Below are positions 35,643-48,415 of a stretch of DNA of 64,000 nucleotides, in pieces. The stretch lies in contig NW_005434659.1 in the NCBI RefSeq assembly GCF_000315625.1, positions 1-64,000 of the forward strand. Reading direction: 5' to 3'. The translations under genes were made by a program, and so were the position numbers. The notes under the pieces were generated by a model. It was not told the origin of the DNA. It worked only from the letters and a program-made list of their open reading frames with translations, and did no database searches. This DNA comes from Guillardia theta CCMP2712 (lineage: Eukaryota > Protista > Cryptophyta). Every line of letters begins with the position of its first letter. Positions within the stretch are counted from its first letter, which is position 1.

Positions 35643-37529
35643 ATGAAAAACCTCTTTCTCAAAGGCCTGCCGAAAGACCTCAGCGATGATGCACTCAGAC
35701 AACTGATATCAGGGTAATGTGTTTGAATGTACCAGACCAGTCTAAGAGTGAACATGCAGATATGGGGTTGTAACCAATCTTCTACTTCTGAGAACTGCAA
35801 AAGGCTCGTCTCGAGGAGTTGCGATGGTTGCCATGTCGACAGAAGAAGAAGCCCGAACCACCGTAGACTCACTAAAAGGGAAATGTTTCCATCATCAGAA
35901 CCAGCACAGTTGGATCGTTGCTGATGCAAATTCGGCCGAAGAAAGCATGATTGTCGAAATAGCCCACAAAGAGGTTCTGAGTGAAGAAGAGAAAAGGTTG
36001 AAATATGAACAGAGAGCGCTGGTAATGAGAACTTTCTTTTTTCGGCCAATACTTGACCATAGATGATCTCAGAAGGAGATTGAAGATCCCAAGGAACGAC
36101 AGGCGAGGTGTCAGCAAGAAAGACGAAATCGATTAGTGGCATATCACGAACAACTGGAAGCTTCAGTGAGAATCGATCAGTTGTGATGTTATGATGCTTT
36201 AATTACGTCAATGCCATTTTAGGTTCAAAGGGAGAATCGGGAATTGTTGGTCTCTTCGCAACGGATTGAAAGCATGAGGTCAGTCTCATGATGTGTCTGT
36301 CTGCTTTGCCAAGACTTTCCCAAAGGAACAGGATGCGAGAGAACAATAGGTGCTTGGATTGTTGGATGCTACATAAACAGTGCATCTGCACAACTACACC
36401 GCAAGGTTCAAGAACAGTTTTTTGAGGATTGTGCTTGTGATTGACATTCTCAGAAATTGCGGAATTGTTTTGTCATAAGACGATTGTTTACTTACATTCA
36501 AAGGAATACGGAAGATTGTCAAATACAGGCAAGAATATGTCTATGTCGTATAGCGTATATTCCTTATCTTTGACTGTTCCGATTAGGCTCCATTATCCCC
36601 ATAGCATTTCCTCCGCCTCAATCCCAGATATACGTCGCAGATGTCGAAGAGGTGGCATTTGAAAGATTATTCACTTGCGCGTGTGATTTGAACCGTTGAA
36701 GGATGAAAAGAAATTTCAAGAGGAATTGAGGGCAAATGCTGATCGGACCTTCGTCCTGTTTCCTTCTGAGAATTCAGTCACAGTCCAGGTACACCGACTG
36801 TCGGGAATATGCTTTTGTTTGACTCCATTCCTTCTTGCTGTAAGGAAATGATGGAAACTTTAAATACAAAAGAGACTGTCCAGAATGACAGTGAAGGTCA
36901 AGACAGTGGATGCGGAGGTGGAACTGCCTGCCGTCTCGACTTTAGTTGATCGCACACTGTAGGATCCCTAACGATAGTGCTTGTGGATGGAACTTGGCAG
37001 CAGGCAAGGAGATTGAACCAGAGAATCCCTTCGTGGGTGAAGGTGCTTCAGTCTCGCACTTGATATCCTGCATGGCATTGACATGAACGAAGCGAGTGAA
37101 GCTTATGCCCCGCGACCTAGTTGACTCGCGCTACAAGAGCCCGATGAGGAGTCAGGTGCTTGCCTTCTCTCCCTTAGCTCTCGAATGAACTTCATGCAGG
37201 CTACTCCTGACAGGGTTTGCTCTTTGTCAGCCTATGTCCTTCTTTTGCAGGAAATGCGTGTGGCATCAGAAGTGTGCCAGGTTTGCATGTCCATCAACTA
37301 ATCCGAAAATGATTGTTTGCTTTTGCAGTATTTGCTTCAACTTCTGCACAAGAAGTCAGAGATAGTGCTGTCGAACAGCAATAAGTGACTGAATATCCGA
37401 TAGGCTTGTCTGAGGCTGACATGTCACAGGGAATGGAAGCAAACGGATGGTATAAAGAAGAAAGTTCCAGCAAAAGGAAAAGTCCCTGTCGAAAAGCAAG
37501 TTGACAATCTATCGATTTCCGACACTTGA
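35643..37529 (+). CDS. RRM + DTW-domain protein (DTWD2/TapT-like tRNA-uridine aminocarboxypropyltransferase)
   Basis: RRM NLFLKGLPKDLSDDALRQL...RGVAMVAMSTEEEARTTVDSLKG; CLDCWMLHKQCIC; YLHSKEYGRLSNTG; VLFPSENS; IVLVDGTWQQARRL; last exon ends ...LSISDT* at 37529. Confidence 0.8.
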
Positions 37530-37633
37530 TGTCAACTGATAATCGTTGAAGTGTATTCCAACGGTCAAAAGCTACTAAGATCAGACTAACTTGTAACATT
37601 TTGAACTGTAGATACATGAATTTTCCAAGGATC

Positions 37634-39702
37634 TCACGATTCATCGAAGGAGAAGTCAAGCAAACCTTGCCGAACTTTTTCTGGGTTTGTGTCATCCTCT
37701 TCGTGGTGGAAGGGAATCTTTGACGATTCCTCCTTCGGTTTGATCCTACTCGCCTGCGTACCTGGAGGATCCTTGTTCTCTTCATCGTCTGTGTCCTGCG
37801 GAGGAGAGAAGGAGACGTAGCATCTCTTCTCTTCAGCAACGATGTCGATCCAGCACTCTTGCTTGCTTTCATCTCCCACCTTCACCCTCGGAGCCGCGTC
37901 AAGCTCTGAGTTGAAATATTTTGTGGCAAGGAGGGACGAAATCTCGTTCTTGGCATATTTCTGCAAGGAAGAGGCTCCCTCATACGCGCAGTAACTTGCT
38001 CCTGCCAACAGCGAAACCTTCCTAGAGTGGTGTACAATCAGATTTCCGATCATTCGGCGATGCGCCAGGTTGATGGAAGGGTCAGTTTGCGGAGGATCGC
38101 GATATCTTGCGAGGTAGGAACGAATCACTGTGTCAGCTACGACCAACTGCTCTCGCTCGGTAAAGGGCAAGAACGGAATGACAGCGTCAAACCGACGGAA
38201 AAGAGCAATTAGCTCCGGTTTGATCTCGGCGAAGAACTTCTCCCAGAGAGGTTTGAGGATGCGATCGACGAGGTTCACTTTGATCCAATGCCTCTCGCTG
38301 TCATCTTGTTGCGACTTGTAGATCTTGGGGTTGGCCTTTGCAAACTTGATAATCTCATCTTGCCCGCGATTTGACATGCACACGAAGATTGTTTGCCTGC
38401 AGTCAATCTTCTGTCCGTTGGAGTTTCGACTTGAATCTGTTAGAAAGCCATCTTGCCATGGCTCTAAGAACGAGTTGTAGATTCTTTCAGCCTGATAAGA
38501 AGATCATAAAAGAGTTTACAACTCAACTTGACTCACCTGTCCCCATCCAAGGCAGTTGACAAGATCTGCAAGTTTCTCGAATTCATCCAAGAGAACGATG
38601 TTTCTTTTCCCCTGGCGACTCCGAAGGAAAGATACAAGTTGTCCATCACTGGACATGTCAGATCGCGTGAACCCGCCATGTCTCGATCCAAATAGGTCGG
38701 CGTCATCTTTGGTTCCACTCAACGAGATCAATATCGAGCTGTCCTTGGGAACCAGCGCATCTGCGATGTTCTTGCACAGGAAGGTTTTTCCATGCCCAGG
38801 AGGCCCGGGCAGGAGCAGGACCAGAGGCTTATGACCAGCTGCTTGCTGATCAGTCCAGAATTGAATGATCTGATAAAGGTCCATGTCACTGTGAAGAATA
38901 GCAAGTAAAGTGAAGATGGAAAACAAACCATGTCCCGCAGAGAATGCATGGCAAATCTTTGTCCTATGACGCAATATGGCAACTCAACAATGTTAGAAAG
39001 ATTGAAAGGAGCCAAACGCTTCCTTCTCGTCTCATCCACTGGAAAGATATGGGCTTGTTCCATCCAATACTCCATCGTAACGTTCAGTTTCAAGCCTTCC
39101 ATGGACGAAACGTCTGCCCCTTTCGACAGCAAGAGCCTGGTCATATCTGTTCCATCATACTTCTTGTTCTTGATGGCCAGAGAAAGAGCTGTCTCACCAT
39201 CATCCATCCGCATGTTCACGTCTGCGTTGAGCCCCACCAGACTATTCACCATGTCTGCATCGTTTTGTTGTACAGCGTAGCACAGAGCACTGCGACCAGC
39301 CTTGCAATGCTCGCGGAAGATATGGTTGGTGTTGGCGCCATGTCCGACCCATCTCTGCAGGCTCGAAGCTGACTTCTTAGAGATGACCGCGTTGAGAAGC
39401 TCCTGGTTGGGGTCCGTTCCAGGCGCCGCACCTCCTCTGTAAGCTTGGATGCCAGCAGGAGAAGGCGATGCTGGTATTGTCACTGACTGGGAAACTGCAC
39501 TGACCTCCTCCTCGAAAGGCTCCTCTTCTCTGTCTTCCTCGAATGACATGTCATTCCCTGCTACTAAACCGTTCCCAGAGGCTCCGTCCAAGTCCCTAGG
39601 ATGTTCGCACATAGCACATTGAGGGATGTCTCCATTGTAAAAGGTACAATTGCTGCAATAAAATCCTCCTGCCGTCTCTACCACGAGTCCTTGACTGTCC
39701 AT
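37634..39702 (-). CDS. RanBP2-type zinc finger + ankyrin repeats + single ClpB-D2-like AAA+ ATPase (Skd3/CLPB-like architecture)
   Basis: FYCSNCTFYN...CAMC; ankyrin GRSALCYAVQ, GETALSLAIK; VIGQRFA; Walker A GPPGHGKT; Walker B VLLDEFEK; DCRQTIFVCMSN; two introns (~38930-38871, ~38537-38491). Confidence 0.85.
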
Positions 39703-39890
39703 CTCCTTCTCCTGTTAGAAGAAAGTTGAGCTAACACGAAGTCAACACCAAACAGCAATCCTTCCTTTCCTCCCCTGCTCCCCTCCCTTTCCTCTCAAGA
39801 TTGTCCGCAACAGGATATGCTTACTACTCTTGCATGTGTGTTCAAATATTCTTCCTCTCCTTCCTCTCCTTCCTCTCCTTTCCCGCCCTT

Positions 39891-40082
39891 CTCTCCTCTC
39901 CTCTCCTCTCCTCTCCTCTCCTCTCCTCTCCTCTCCTCTCCTCTCCTCTCCTCTCCTCTCCTCTCCTCTCCTCTCCTCTCCTCTCCTCTCCTCTCCTCTC
40001 CTCTCCTCTCCTCTCCTCTCCTCTCCTCTCCTCTCCATCCTCTCCTCTCCTCTCCTCTCCTCTCCTCTCCTCTCCTCTCCTC
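39891..40082. repeat. (CTCTC)n pentanucleotide microsatellite
   Basis: Direct reading; one interruption near 40036. Confidence 0.97.
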
Positions 40083-40498
40083 TTCTCGTGGCTTCCTCCA
40101 TCGTTCCTTCACCCCGCACTCTAATCGTCATCCCTCTCCTCTAGCTGGGAATCAAAACCCACATCCCCGCTTCTGGCTCCATATAAAGCCGGGGCCGGCG
40201 GCGTCCCCCGGCACCACTGGGCCATGAGTGTGACTCGTGATTCCTGAGTGCCGACAATGATGCCCGTCAGCTCAAGGCCCCGGCGGCCTCCCTCAGTCGG
40301 ACGGCCCCAGTTCGCCGACATCATCGCGGGTCAAGCCCCACTGAAGGTCTCTATTCTGACGAGTCCTGCTTGCCAGGCTGAGATCAACGCGGGGGCCTTT
40401 CAAGTTTAATCAGAGTATCTACGTTGGGCTTGGGGGCACAATACAGACTTTCACTACTGTTGCCGGTTCGTAGTCCCGGAGGGGGTCGAAGTGGCAGA

Positions 40499-40549
40499 AG
40501 TAGTGTAGTAGTGTAGAAGTGTAGTAGTGTAGAAGTGTAGTAGTGTAGC
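40499..40549. repeat. 8/16-bp tandem repeat (AGTGTAGT/AGTGTAGA)
   Basis: agtgtagtagtgtagaagtgtagtagtgtagaagtgtagtagtgtag in a divergent intergenic region. Confidence 0.85.
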
Positions 40550-41069
40550 TTACTAGTAGTTAGCCTCAGCAGTGTACGGTGAAAGGACGGTCATGTTTCT
40601 TTTCAATCATGTAAAAGTAACTAAAAAGCCAGAAAGTTGGTCCAAAAACCGCACTTTGACGTATGACCCCCTTATTTGTCATTTGTATTGAGGAGATAGA
40701 GGGGGTAGGGGTCCATGTCAGTTTTGACAGCGGCATGCAAGAGGTAAGATGGCAGCTTGCCCTCCTCTCCTCTCCTCCTCTCCTGCATGTGCCTCCTCTC
40801 CTCCTCTCCTCTCCTCCTGCCCAAGCTCCTTCCACCACGCGTTCTCCTGGTTGAAGTGATCGCTGTCCACCAGAGTATCTCCTCCATGTTGTTTTCTTCT
40901 CTCCTTTGCCCGGTCGCCTCCCTCTCTCGTCTGCTATGACTCCACTTGCTGTCCTACTTTCTATCTTTTCTGCCTCCCTTCTCTCCAAGTCTGTTCTTTT
41001 GAGCCTCTGAAACAATTCCTCACAGACCTGCATGAAGACTTGACGTTGTTCTAGAATTGTTTCACCGCC

Positions 41070-44000
41070 ATGGAAAGTGATACAGACAAATCTCTCTCCC
41101 CCAGCCGTACAGGACGGAGATCCACTCTTCAATCACGAGCGTCAAAGGCATCAGTCAAATTGTCGTTAGAAGACTTCGATGAGGAAACAAACCCTGCTCC
41201 CTACTTGAACACCCCGCGGTCACTTGATGCTTGCTCTCGGCAAGGAGTGTTGCCAGAAGAACTCATGTACAAGAGCAAGAGCTCTTTCGGAAGCAAAGAG
41301 ACTCCCTCTCGAATCCTACAGCTGCGCTACGAACACTATGAGAATGCAAGAAAGATGAAGCTCGAGGCGGTGATGCGAGAGTACAAGAATATCAGAGATG
41401 AGAGCAGGAAAAGACTGACCCCCCGTCAGCGGGAGACAGGAGATTCTTCACATCGGAGTGCCACTGTGAGCGTGAGATCTGAACAAGACGAGGAACAGAA
41501 AATGATTGAGAGCATGCATCGGCAAATTGAAGCGATGAAAAGGAAGCAGAAAGAAGATGTTGAGAGTATGCTGCTGAACGAATTCAAAGCCGAACGTCTG
41601 CGTCAAATTCACGACGAGAAGATGGCGGAGAAGAAGAAGAAGGAGCAAGCTTTGCTGGACGAGAAGAAGCAAAAAGAAGCTGAATGGATGAAGGTCGGTT
41701 GATTCATGTTGTTCAGCTCCGTGACTCTGATGGTGCCATGTTGTCAGATGCAGGCTGCGCGTGAAGCAAAGCGGCGGCAAGAAGAGGCGGAGGAGGAAGC
41801 AAGAATAAAGCGAGAGATGGAAGAGAAACTGCAAGAAGAGAAGGAGAAGCGTCAGAAGGCAGAAGCCGAAGAGCGTGAAAGACGAATAGCAGCAAAAGCA
41901 AAAGAGCAGGAGCGCGCGCAGAGAATGGAGTTGCTGAAGAAGAAGCAAGAGATGTACAACAAGCAGCAAGAAAGGCAAGCAGAGGCAAGACGTCAAGCGA
42001 TGGAAGAAAAGGACAAGAGCAAGATGCAAGCGAGAGAGGAGATGCGAATAGCAGCCATCAAAGAAAACGAAGCAAAGAAGCTGCAGATTGAGGCCCGCGT
42101 CCAGGCAGCAAAAGAAGCGCAGATGGCAACACTGGAACGACAAAGCTTGTTGTTTGCAGAGAAAGAGCGCAAGGCAGAGGAGAAGAGAATTAACTTCGAG
42201 AAGCAGCGAGTCGAAACACAGGAAGAAATTAAGCGAAGAGCAGAAGCCAAGGCGGAGCATATCAAGAAGGTCATGGACGACATGGCAGTGCGCGAACAAA
42301 GGAAAACAGAAACCTTGATGCAGAGAGAACGAGAAGCCCAAGAAAGAATGAGAATCTTGCAGGTCCCTGCTCCTCGTCTCGTTCTCATCAAGATATTCCC
42401 GCCATGTCGCACTGTCACTGACTTTCTGACTTCAGGAGGAGCGCGAGCGAGAGGAGGAAAAGAAAAAAAAGCAAGGAGAGGAGAAACAGGTCAAGAATGT
42501 TCGCTGGTCCGTCCTCTCTTACCATATGTGCGGCAGGCGTTGCTCGAGGAGAAACGATTGCGAGCCCAGGCAAGAGGCACGAGTTGATGTCAAACCCTCT
42601 TCTTAGGATGTTGCAGGAAGACGATCTCAAAAGAAGGGAAGCAGTTCTGGCAAAACTAAAGGTCACCTCCCAACCCCCCCATTCTCTCCTCTCCTCTCCT
42701 CTCCTCTCCTCTCCTCTCCTCTCCTCTCCTCTCCTCTCCTCTCCTCTCCTCTCCTCCCCTCCCCTCCCCTCCCCTCTCCTCTCCTCTCCTCTCCTCTCCT
42801 CTCCTCTCCTCTCCTCTCCTCTCATTTCCTCTCCTCTCATTTCCTCTCGCTCATCCCCTTTTCCTATCCTCTTTGTTGAACTTACCTTGAGACGCAACAG
42901 GAGCAAGAAGCGAAGATCTCAACCTTGCAGGAGTTCAAGAAAGAGGTGAATTTTTTCCTCACTTGCGCGTCTGACGCTGTGGGGAAGACGCTGGGCCCAC
43001 AGAAGGAGTTGGAGAAACAGAAGAGAGAGGTGAAGGAGAGGAGAAACAAGAAATGTTGGTGACGATGCCGCAGGAGAAGTTGGAAGCGAAGCGGAAGAAA
43101 GCGATGGTGAGAGAGTCTGTGAAGTTGTCAATCTTTGACTTGTCAATGGACCAGCACGATGAGGAGATGCGGAAACAAGCAATCATCGAGAAGCAACAAG
43201 AGCATCAGGAGATCTTGGAAAAGCTGCAGGAGCAGCGCAAACAGGTCACGTAGTTATCTCATTTCAGTTTCCAGTCCTCTTCGTCGTTGTCTTTGTCCTC
43301 CTTATCACCTCCTTGCTTGCTCCTCACAGTCTCCTCACACCTGTTGGACAGGAGGCCTTGTTCTTGCAGGAAGTGGAAAAGCTCAAAAAGCAGGAGAAAC
43401 AAGAAGCTGTGGAGAGGCTCAAGAGGATGGAGGCCTACAACAGAGAGATGGTGCTGTTGCCTTCTCCTTCCCCTTCCCCACTCCCTTCTCGTCATCCTCC
43501 TTTTCCTCCTCCCCCCCTTCTTCTCTTCCTTCTCTGCTTCTTCCTTGTTCCTCCTATCGCTAAGTCTCAGCTGCAGGTCCTGAAGAAACTCGAGGAGGAC
43601 AACAAGAAGACAGCAGAGCTGCAGGTGGAGGAGGTGATGGATATTGCGGGCATGTCACTTTCATGCTCGTCAGGCCCGCAAAGAGCGATTACAGAAAGAG
43701 AAGGAGAAGATCAAACAGGCCCAAGAGCAGCAGAAGCGGGTGAGTGAGGCTTTGTTTCTTTCCTTTTGCTCTTTCTTCTTCGTTTCCTCTTGTCTTTCTC
43801 CTATCTGGTTTGCCTCTCTTGTCCTCTGCTACTCGTCCTGCCTTCCTCATCCTCTGTTCTCATTTTCATTTCATTTCTTCTCTTTCCTCTTCCTTTTCCT
43901 TTCATTTCTCACTCCAGCTTATCTCCGTGCGTCCAACAGGCGATTGCCGAGGCCCTCGAGAGACTCAAGACAACTCGAAAGTTGACTCACTCCTCCTCCT

Positions 44001-45062
44001 CCTCCTCCTCCTCCTCCTACTGCTCCTCCTGCTCCTGCATCCTCGACCTCGTCCTCGTCCCCGTCCTCATCCTCAACTTTCTTACCCTCCTCATCCTCAA
44101 CTTCCTTGTCCTTCTCATCCTTCTCCTTCTCTCTTGCCGCTCATCTCTCATGCTGCCCTCACTCTCGTCTCAGGTGGGAACCTCCTCCTGGCATGGACCT
44201 CGAGATCGACGTCGCAGACCTGCAGAGACGCGTACGAGCGAGCAGCTGCGACCTCTCCCTCCTCACCTGCTGTGCGTCAGGTGGATGAAGAGCTGGGTTC
44301 GAAGAAGCCGCAAACTTCTAACACTAGAAGCTCCTCCCGCGTCAGCGTCAACCCCCGTCCAGCTGGTCACCAGCCGGAGGAGTCTGAGGACATGGAGAGG
44401 TTTCTCTTCTTCCTCCTCCTCCTCATGCCATCGCTGACCAGCTGTGGGGCAGCTCGGGGGTCGAGAGGAGAGGAGGAGGCAGGAAGAAGAAGGAGAGAGG
44501 AGCAAAGAGCGCCCCCCTGCGCGAGAAAGGCGAGGGCGAGCAAATGAAGAAAATCAGCGTCGTGCTGCCTTCCGAGCCCGAAGAGATCGAGACTGAGAGG
44601 AGCGGGACAAGGGAGAAGCCAGAGGGAGCTGGCAAAAGAGTGGAGGAGGAGGAGGAGAAGGAGAAGGACTCGATGGAGCATACGGATCGAGAGGAGGAGG
44701 GGAGAAGGTCGAGCAGGCGAGCAGGAAGTTCAACTCTGCGAGGGAGGAGGAGGAGGTGAAGTTCAAGGTGGAGGAGCGTGGGACAGAAAATGTCAGTTTC
44801 GACGTGAACCTGAAATCCAGCAGAGGAAAGTCGGACGGGCAGAAGAAGAGGAAGAAAATGAGCGTGCAGAAGATGAAGCTCAATGACCTGACAAAGTCTG
44901 CGTACACGGTGAGACAGAGAGGATCGGGAAGGATGGAGCAGGGAAGACTTACGAAAGACTGACGGAGAGGAGGAGGATCAGTAGGAGGAGGAAGGGAACG
45001 AAGAGGGGGAGGAGCAGGACGAGGACGAGGATGACGAGGACGAGGAGCAGGAGCAGGAGGAT

Positions 45063-45109
<47 letters not shown>

Positions 45110-45135
45110 TCAGGAGCAGGAGCAGGAGGATCAGC

Positions 45136-45180
<45 letters not shown>

Positions 45181-45306
45181 ATCAGCAGCAGGAGCAGGAT
45201 CAGGAGCAGGAGCAGGAGCAGGAGCAGGATCAGGAGCAGGAGCAGGAGGATCAGCAGCAGGAGCAGGAGCAGGAGCAGGATCAGGAGCAGGAGCAGGAGG
45301 ATCAGC

Positions 45307-45369
<63 letters not shown>

Positions 45370-45718
45370 AAACCTTCGTATTAGTTGTTTTGAAGGTGCA
45401 AGCAGTGACTTGATTGTGTTAGAAGTCGTCGGGGAATCACCGGCACGAGGATCACAGGCAGTGGAGCTCGCAGAACCTCTGGCTGAGTGATCAACGGCTG
45501 CCGAGCAACGCCAAGGCCTTCGCCATGCAGCTCATCGACGAGCTAAGGTGAGGAGGAGGAGAGGAGCGGGAAAAGAAGAGGGGGGAGGTGGAGAGTAGGC
45601 AGAAAAGGGAAGAACATCCAGATAATGTTGTGGAGAGGGCGATAAAAGTTGCTTTCAGACGACAACAGAACGAGCACTTGCTTGTGATCTTGGAGGAAGA
45701 ACAAATGAAAGAAGCAGG

Positions 45719-45780
<62 letters not shown>

Positions 45781-46146
45781 GTTGTAGTGGTGGTGCTGGA
45801 GATAATTTGGACGCAGATCGGATGCTTCGCTTGGAGGCTGTAGACGATAATGCTGAGGAGAAGGTATCACGAGGAGGGGGAGGGCAAGGGGCAAAGGGGA
45901 GGGAAAGGAGGAGGGGATGGTTAGGGAGCAGATTGGAGAGATAAGTCGGAGGAGGGAGTAAGGCTGCCGCTTGCCAGGAGCGGCTGGAGGGAGCGTTCGC
46001 AGTTGAGAGATCGGCAGCATCAGACCGGATCATGAGGATAACAGCTGGTGAGCAGCTGGGCTGTTGCGCTAGATGAGCTGAGAAATGTCGCAGAGCATGA
46101 CATGATCCTGAAGCAGAGGCTCGCTCAGATGGGCCTCTCGCTCTAG
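41070..46146 (+). CDS. Long charged coiled-coil protein, multi-exon (possibly cilium/cytoskeleton associated)
   Basis: N-terminal [20 protein letters not shown]; E/K/R/Q-rich exons; spliced C-terminus [20 protein letters not shown]...[31 protein letters not shown]. Function is a guess. Confidence 0.7.
42684..42848. repeat. Intronic (CTCTC)n microsatellite
   Basis: Lies between donor ~42662 and acceptor ~42900. Confidence 0.93.
45043..45369. repeat. Intronic (CAGGAG)n hexamer array with GATCAG variants
   Basis: Direct reading; produces the spurious RSRSRS ORF. Confidence 0.95.
45720..45780. repeat. Intronic (GAT)n microsatellite
   Basis: Begins immediately after the donor cag|gtgatgat. Confidence 0.95.
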
Positions 46147-46263
46147 CTGGACTCCTGCTGGGATTCGAGATATGTAAAGTAAAAGGACAAGGAGCTCATG
46201 CGTTTTCCCAGCTCCTCCCGTAGTGGGAAAGCGGGAGGGAGGGGATGAGGAGGAGCAGGACAC

Positions 46264-46374
46264 AGAGCAGAGCAGAGCAGAGCAGAGCAGAGCAGAGCAG
46301 AGCAGAGCAGAGCAGAGCAGAGCAGAGCAGAGCAGAGCAGAGCAGAGCAGAGCAGAGCAGAGCAGAGCAGAGCA
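46264..46374. repeat. (AGAGC)n microsatellite between convergent genes
   Basis: Direct reading. Confidence 0.95.
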
Positions 46375-46450
46375 GGTGAGGTGAGATGAAATGGGAGGAA
46401 GAAAAGAGGAAAGGAACTAGACACTTATCACCCCCATGTCTTTATGTCAA

Positions 46451-47997
46451 TTATCCAGATGTCTTTATGTTCACCTTCCACGGCCTGCGCAATGTCCCCT
46501 GGAATGAAAGCATGAGGAAAACTCGGAAGGCAGTAGACGAGAGGAGAAGCGAAGATCAGGTAGAGGACAAGTCAAGAGGGAGAGAAGACAAGGAGGGCAG
46601 GAGGCTGAGGATAGGACGGAAGGCGAGGAGAGAGGCAGAGAAGAAGAACATACGGTTGCTGTCGGGTTCTTCACCCACTGGTAGCATCGATCCAAGGTCT
46701 GATGGAGGTAATTCTTCCTGCTCATCCGGTACACCACACAGATTCTCCTTCTCCTCTCCTCCTGGGTCTCCGAACGCTCTCCCATCGCCTTCAGCGTCTT
46801 GGCGTCCTCTTGCAGGCTAGTCGGGCAGGACGAGAGCAGCTGCTGGCAGAGCTCGATCAGCGCGTGACCGACGCGCGTCTCGTGGTCGCGGGAGAAAGGA
46901 ACCGTCTCTCCGATGTTCAACGCACACCCCTGGACCTTGAAGGCCTCCAGCTCCTCGTCCAGCAGACACTTCGCCTGCAGCAGCATGCCTAGCCCGTCAC
47001 TCGCGTACCCGCCGGGGAAGATGGCGTAGTCTTCCTGCTCCTCCTCGGAGATGTAGCTGTACCGGCGAAGCGCCGCCATCACTAGCTCAGCGTGAGTGTT
47101 GGGAATCATGAATGCGAAAAGGAGGAAGGGGAGAAGGAGGGGGGGGGGGTGGAGAAGGGGGAAGAGGAGGATGGAAGACGGCAACAAGCAAGCCGATTGA
47201 AGGGTGATATTAGAGTATAGAAGTCTCAAGGGGAGGAGGAGGAAGGTGGAATGTAGAAGAGCTACCTTCGTCCTGCTTCACCTTGAGGTGCTGCGGGGTG
47301 GATGAGAAGAAGGAGGAGAGGGCGAGGTCGACTTGAGCGCGAGAGAGGAGGATAGCATCTGACTCGAGACTCTCGTACGCACAACCGTGATGGCACAGGA
47401 CATCGTCGTTGGAGATCCACCCAAGGCTGACTCTGACTTGCTCCCCCTCCTCCCCCTCGTCTGATGTCAAGACCAAGCGCTCCCCTCTCCCCTCCACCCT
47501 CGAGCCCTTGGGGGCCGTTCGCTGGAAGAGCGCCAGGACAGGAGCGAAGTAAAGTTTCCCTGCAGCCACGTAGCTGAAACTTCGCGCCATGGCGAAGCAT
47601 GGCTCCATGGTTGCCCGAGGAATGGTGCTAACTGCAGGATCCGCAAGCTTCTCCTCCATCCAGACCTTCTCCTCCTCCAGCCTTCGCTGGATGTCAGGCC
47701 ACTGCAGCTCCGCGATCTCTTGCTGCGACCATGTGTAGGGTAGATCGGGCGCATGCGCGACTACCCCCTCCAGCTCCATGCCCTCGTTCGCGAGCTTCAC
47801 TGCAAGGTCGACATGGGAGGAACGCAAGTCACGTCCTATGTCCGTCTGAAGGCAGTGGCGCTGAGGGATGGTCGCGAGCTCCTCTCCTCTGCCGGTCTTC
47901 CCTGTCCGCACGAACGAGCGGAGTGAGGGAGAAAAGTCCAGGAGAGGCGAGAAGGAGACAGAAGGATACTGCTCTACTACATCTAGCATGCTCTGAA

Positions 47998-48032
<35 letters not shown>

Positions 48033-48172
48033 ATCTTCATATCGCACATGGCGGCATGGCAAGGAGCTCGCTTTGTCCTGTGTACGACACTCGTCCATGC
48101 ATGTCCTCCTCCTCCGCTGCTCAGCAACACGAGCATGAGCGTCAGTCGACCCGGCGTCGCCATGGCCGCCAT
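46451..48172 (-). CDS. SET-domain, Rubisco-LSMT-like protein with bipartite targeting-like leader and poly-Q
   Basis: Leader LTLMLVLLSSGGGGHA-W; GEELATIP, LPYTWSQQEIAELQ, GEQVRVSLGWISNDDVL; substrate-binding-type C-terminus CPTSLQEDAKTL...ICVVYRMSRKNYL; probable last exon GTLRRPWKVNIKTSG*. Confidence 0.72.
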
Positions 48173-48415
48173 TCACTACAAGCTCGCCTCAGTATTTTAG
48201 AGGACAGCAATAACGAGACTAGCTAGAGGGAGGGAGGGAGGAGAGGCGACCGAGAGGAGGAGGGGAAGGAGGAGGAGGAGGAGGAGGAGAAGGAGAAGGA
48301 GGTAGGAATGTAGGGCGAACAGAGAGCTATAGGAGGCAAGAGGAAGGAGGAGGAGGAGGAGGAGGAGGAGGAGGAGGAGGAGGGGGGGGGGGGGGTAAGA
48401 AAAGGGAGGTATCTA

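Noticed and set aside
39742-40227. ORFs of EERRG/LLSSP repeats
   Set aside because: Translations of a (CTCTC)n microsatellite.
45031-45384. SR-rich splicing-factor-like ORF
   Set aside because: Intronic (CAGGAG)n array with no RRM; same applies to the PA/GA/RS ORFs at 48690-49272.
45588-46033. Poly-Asp, poly-His or poly-Ser proteins
   Set aside because: (GAT)n lies in an intron starting at a GT donor within the coiled-coil gene.
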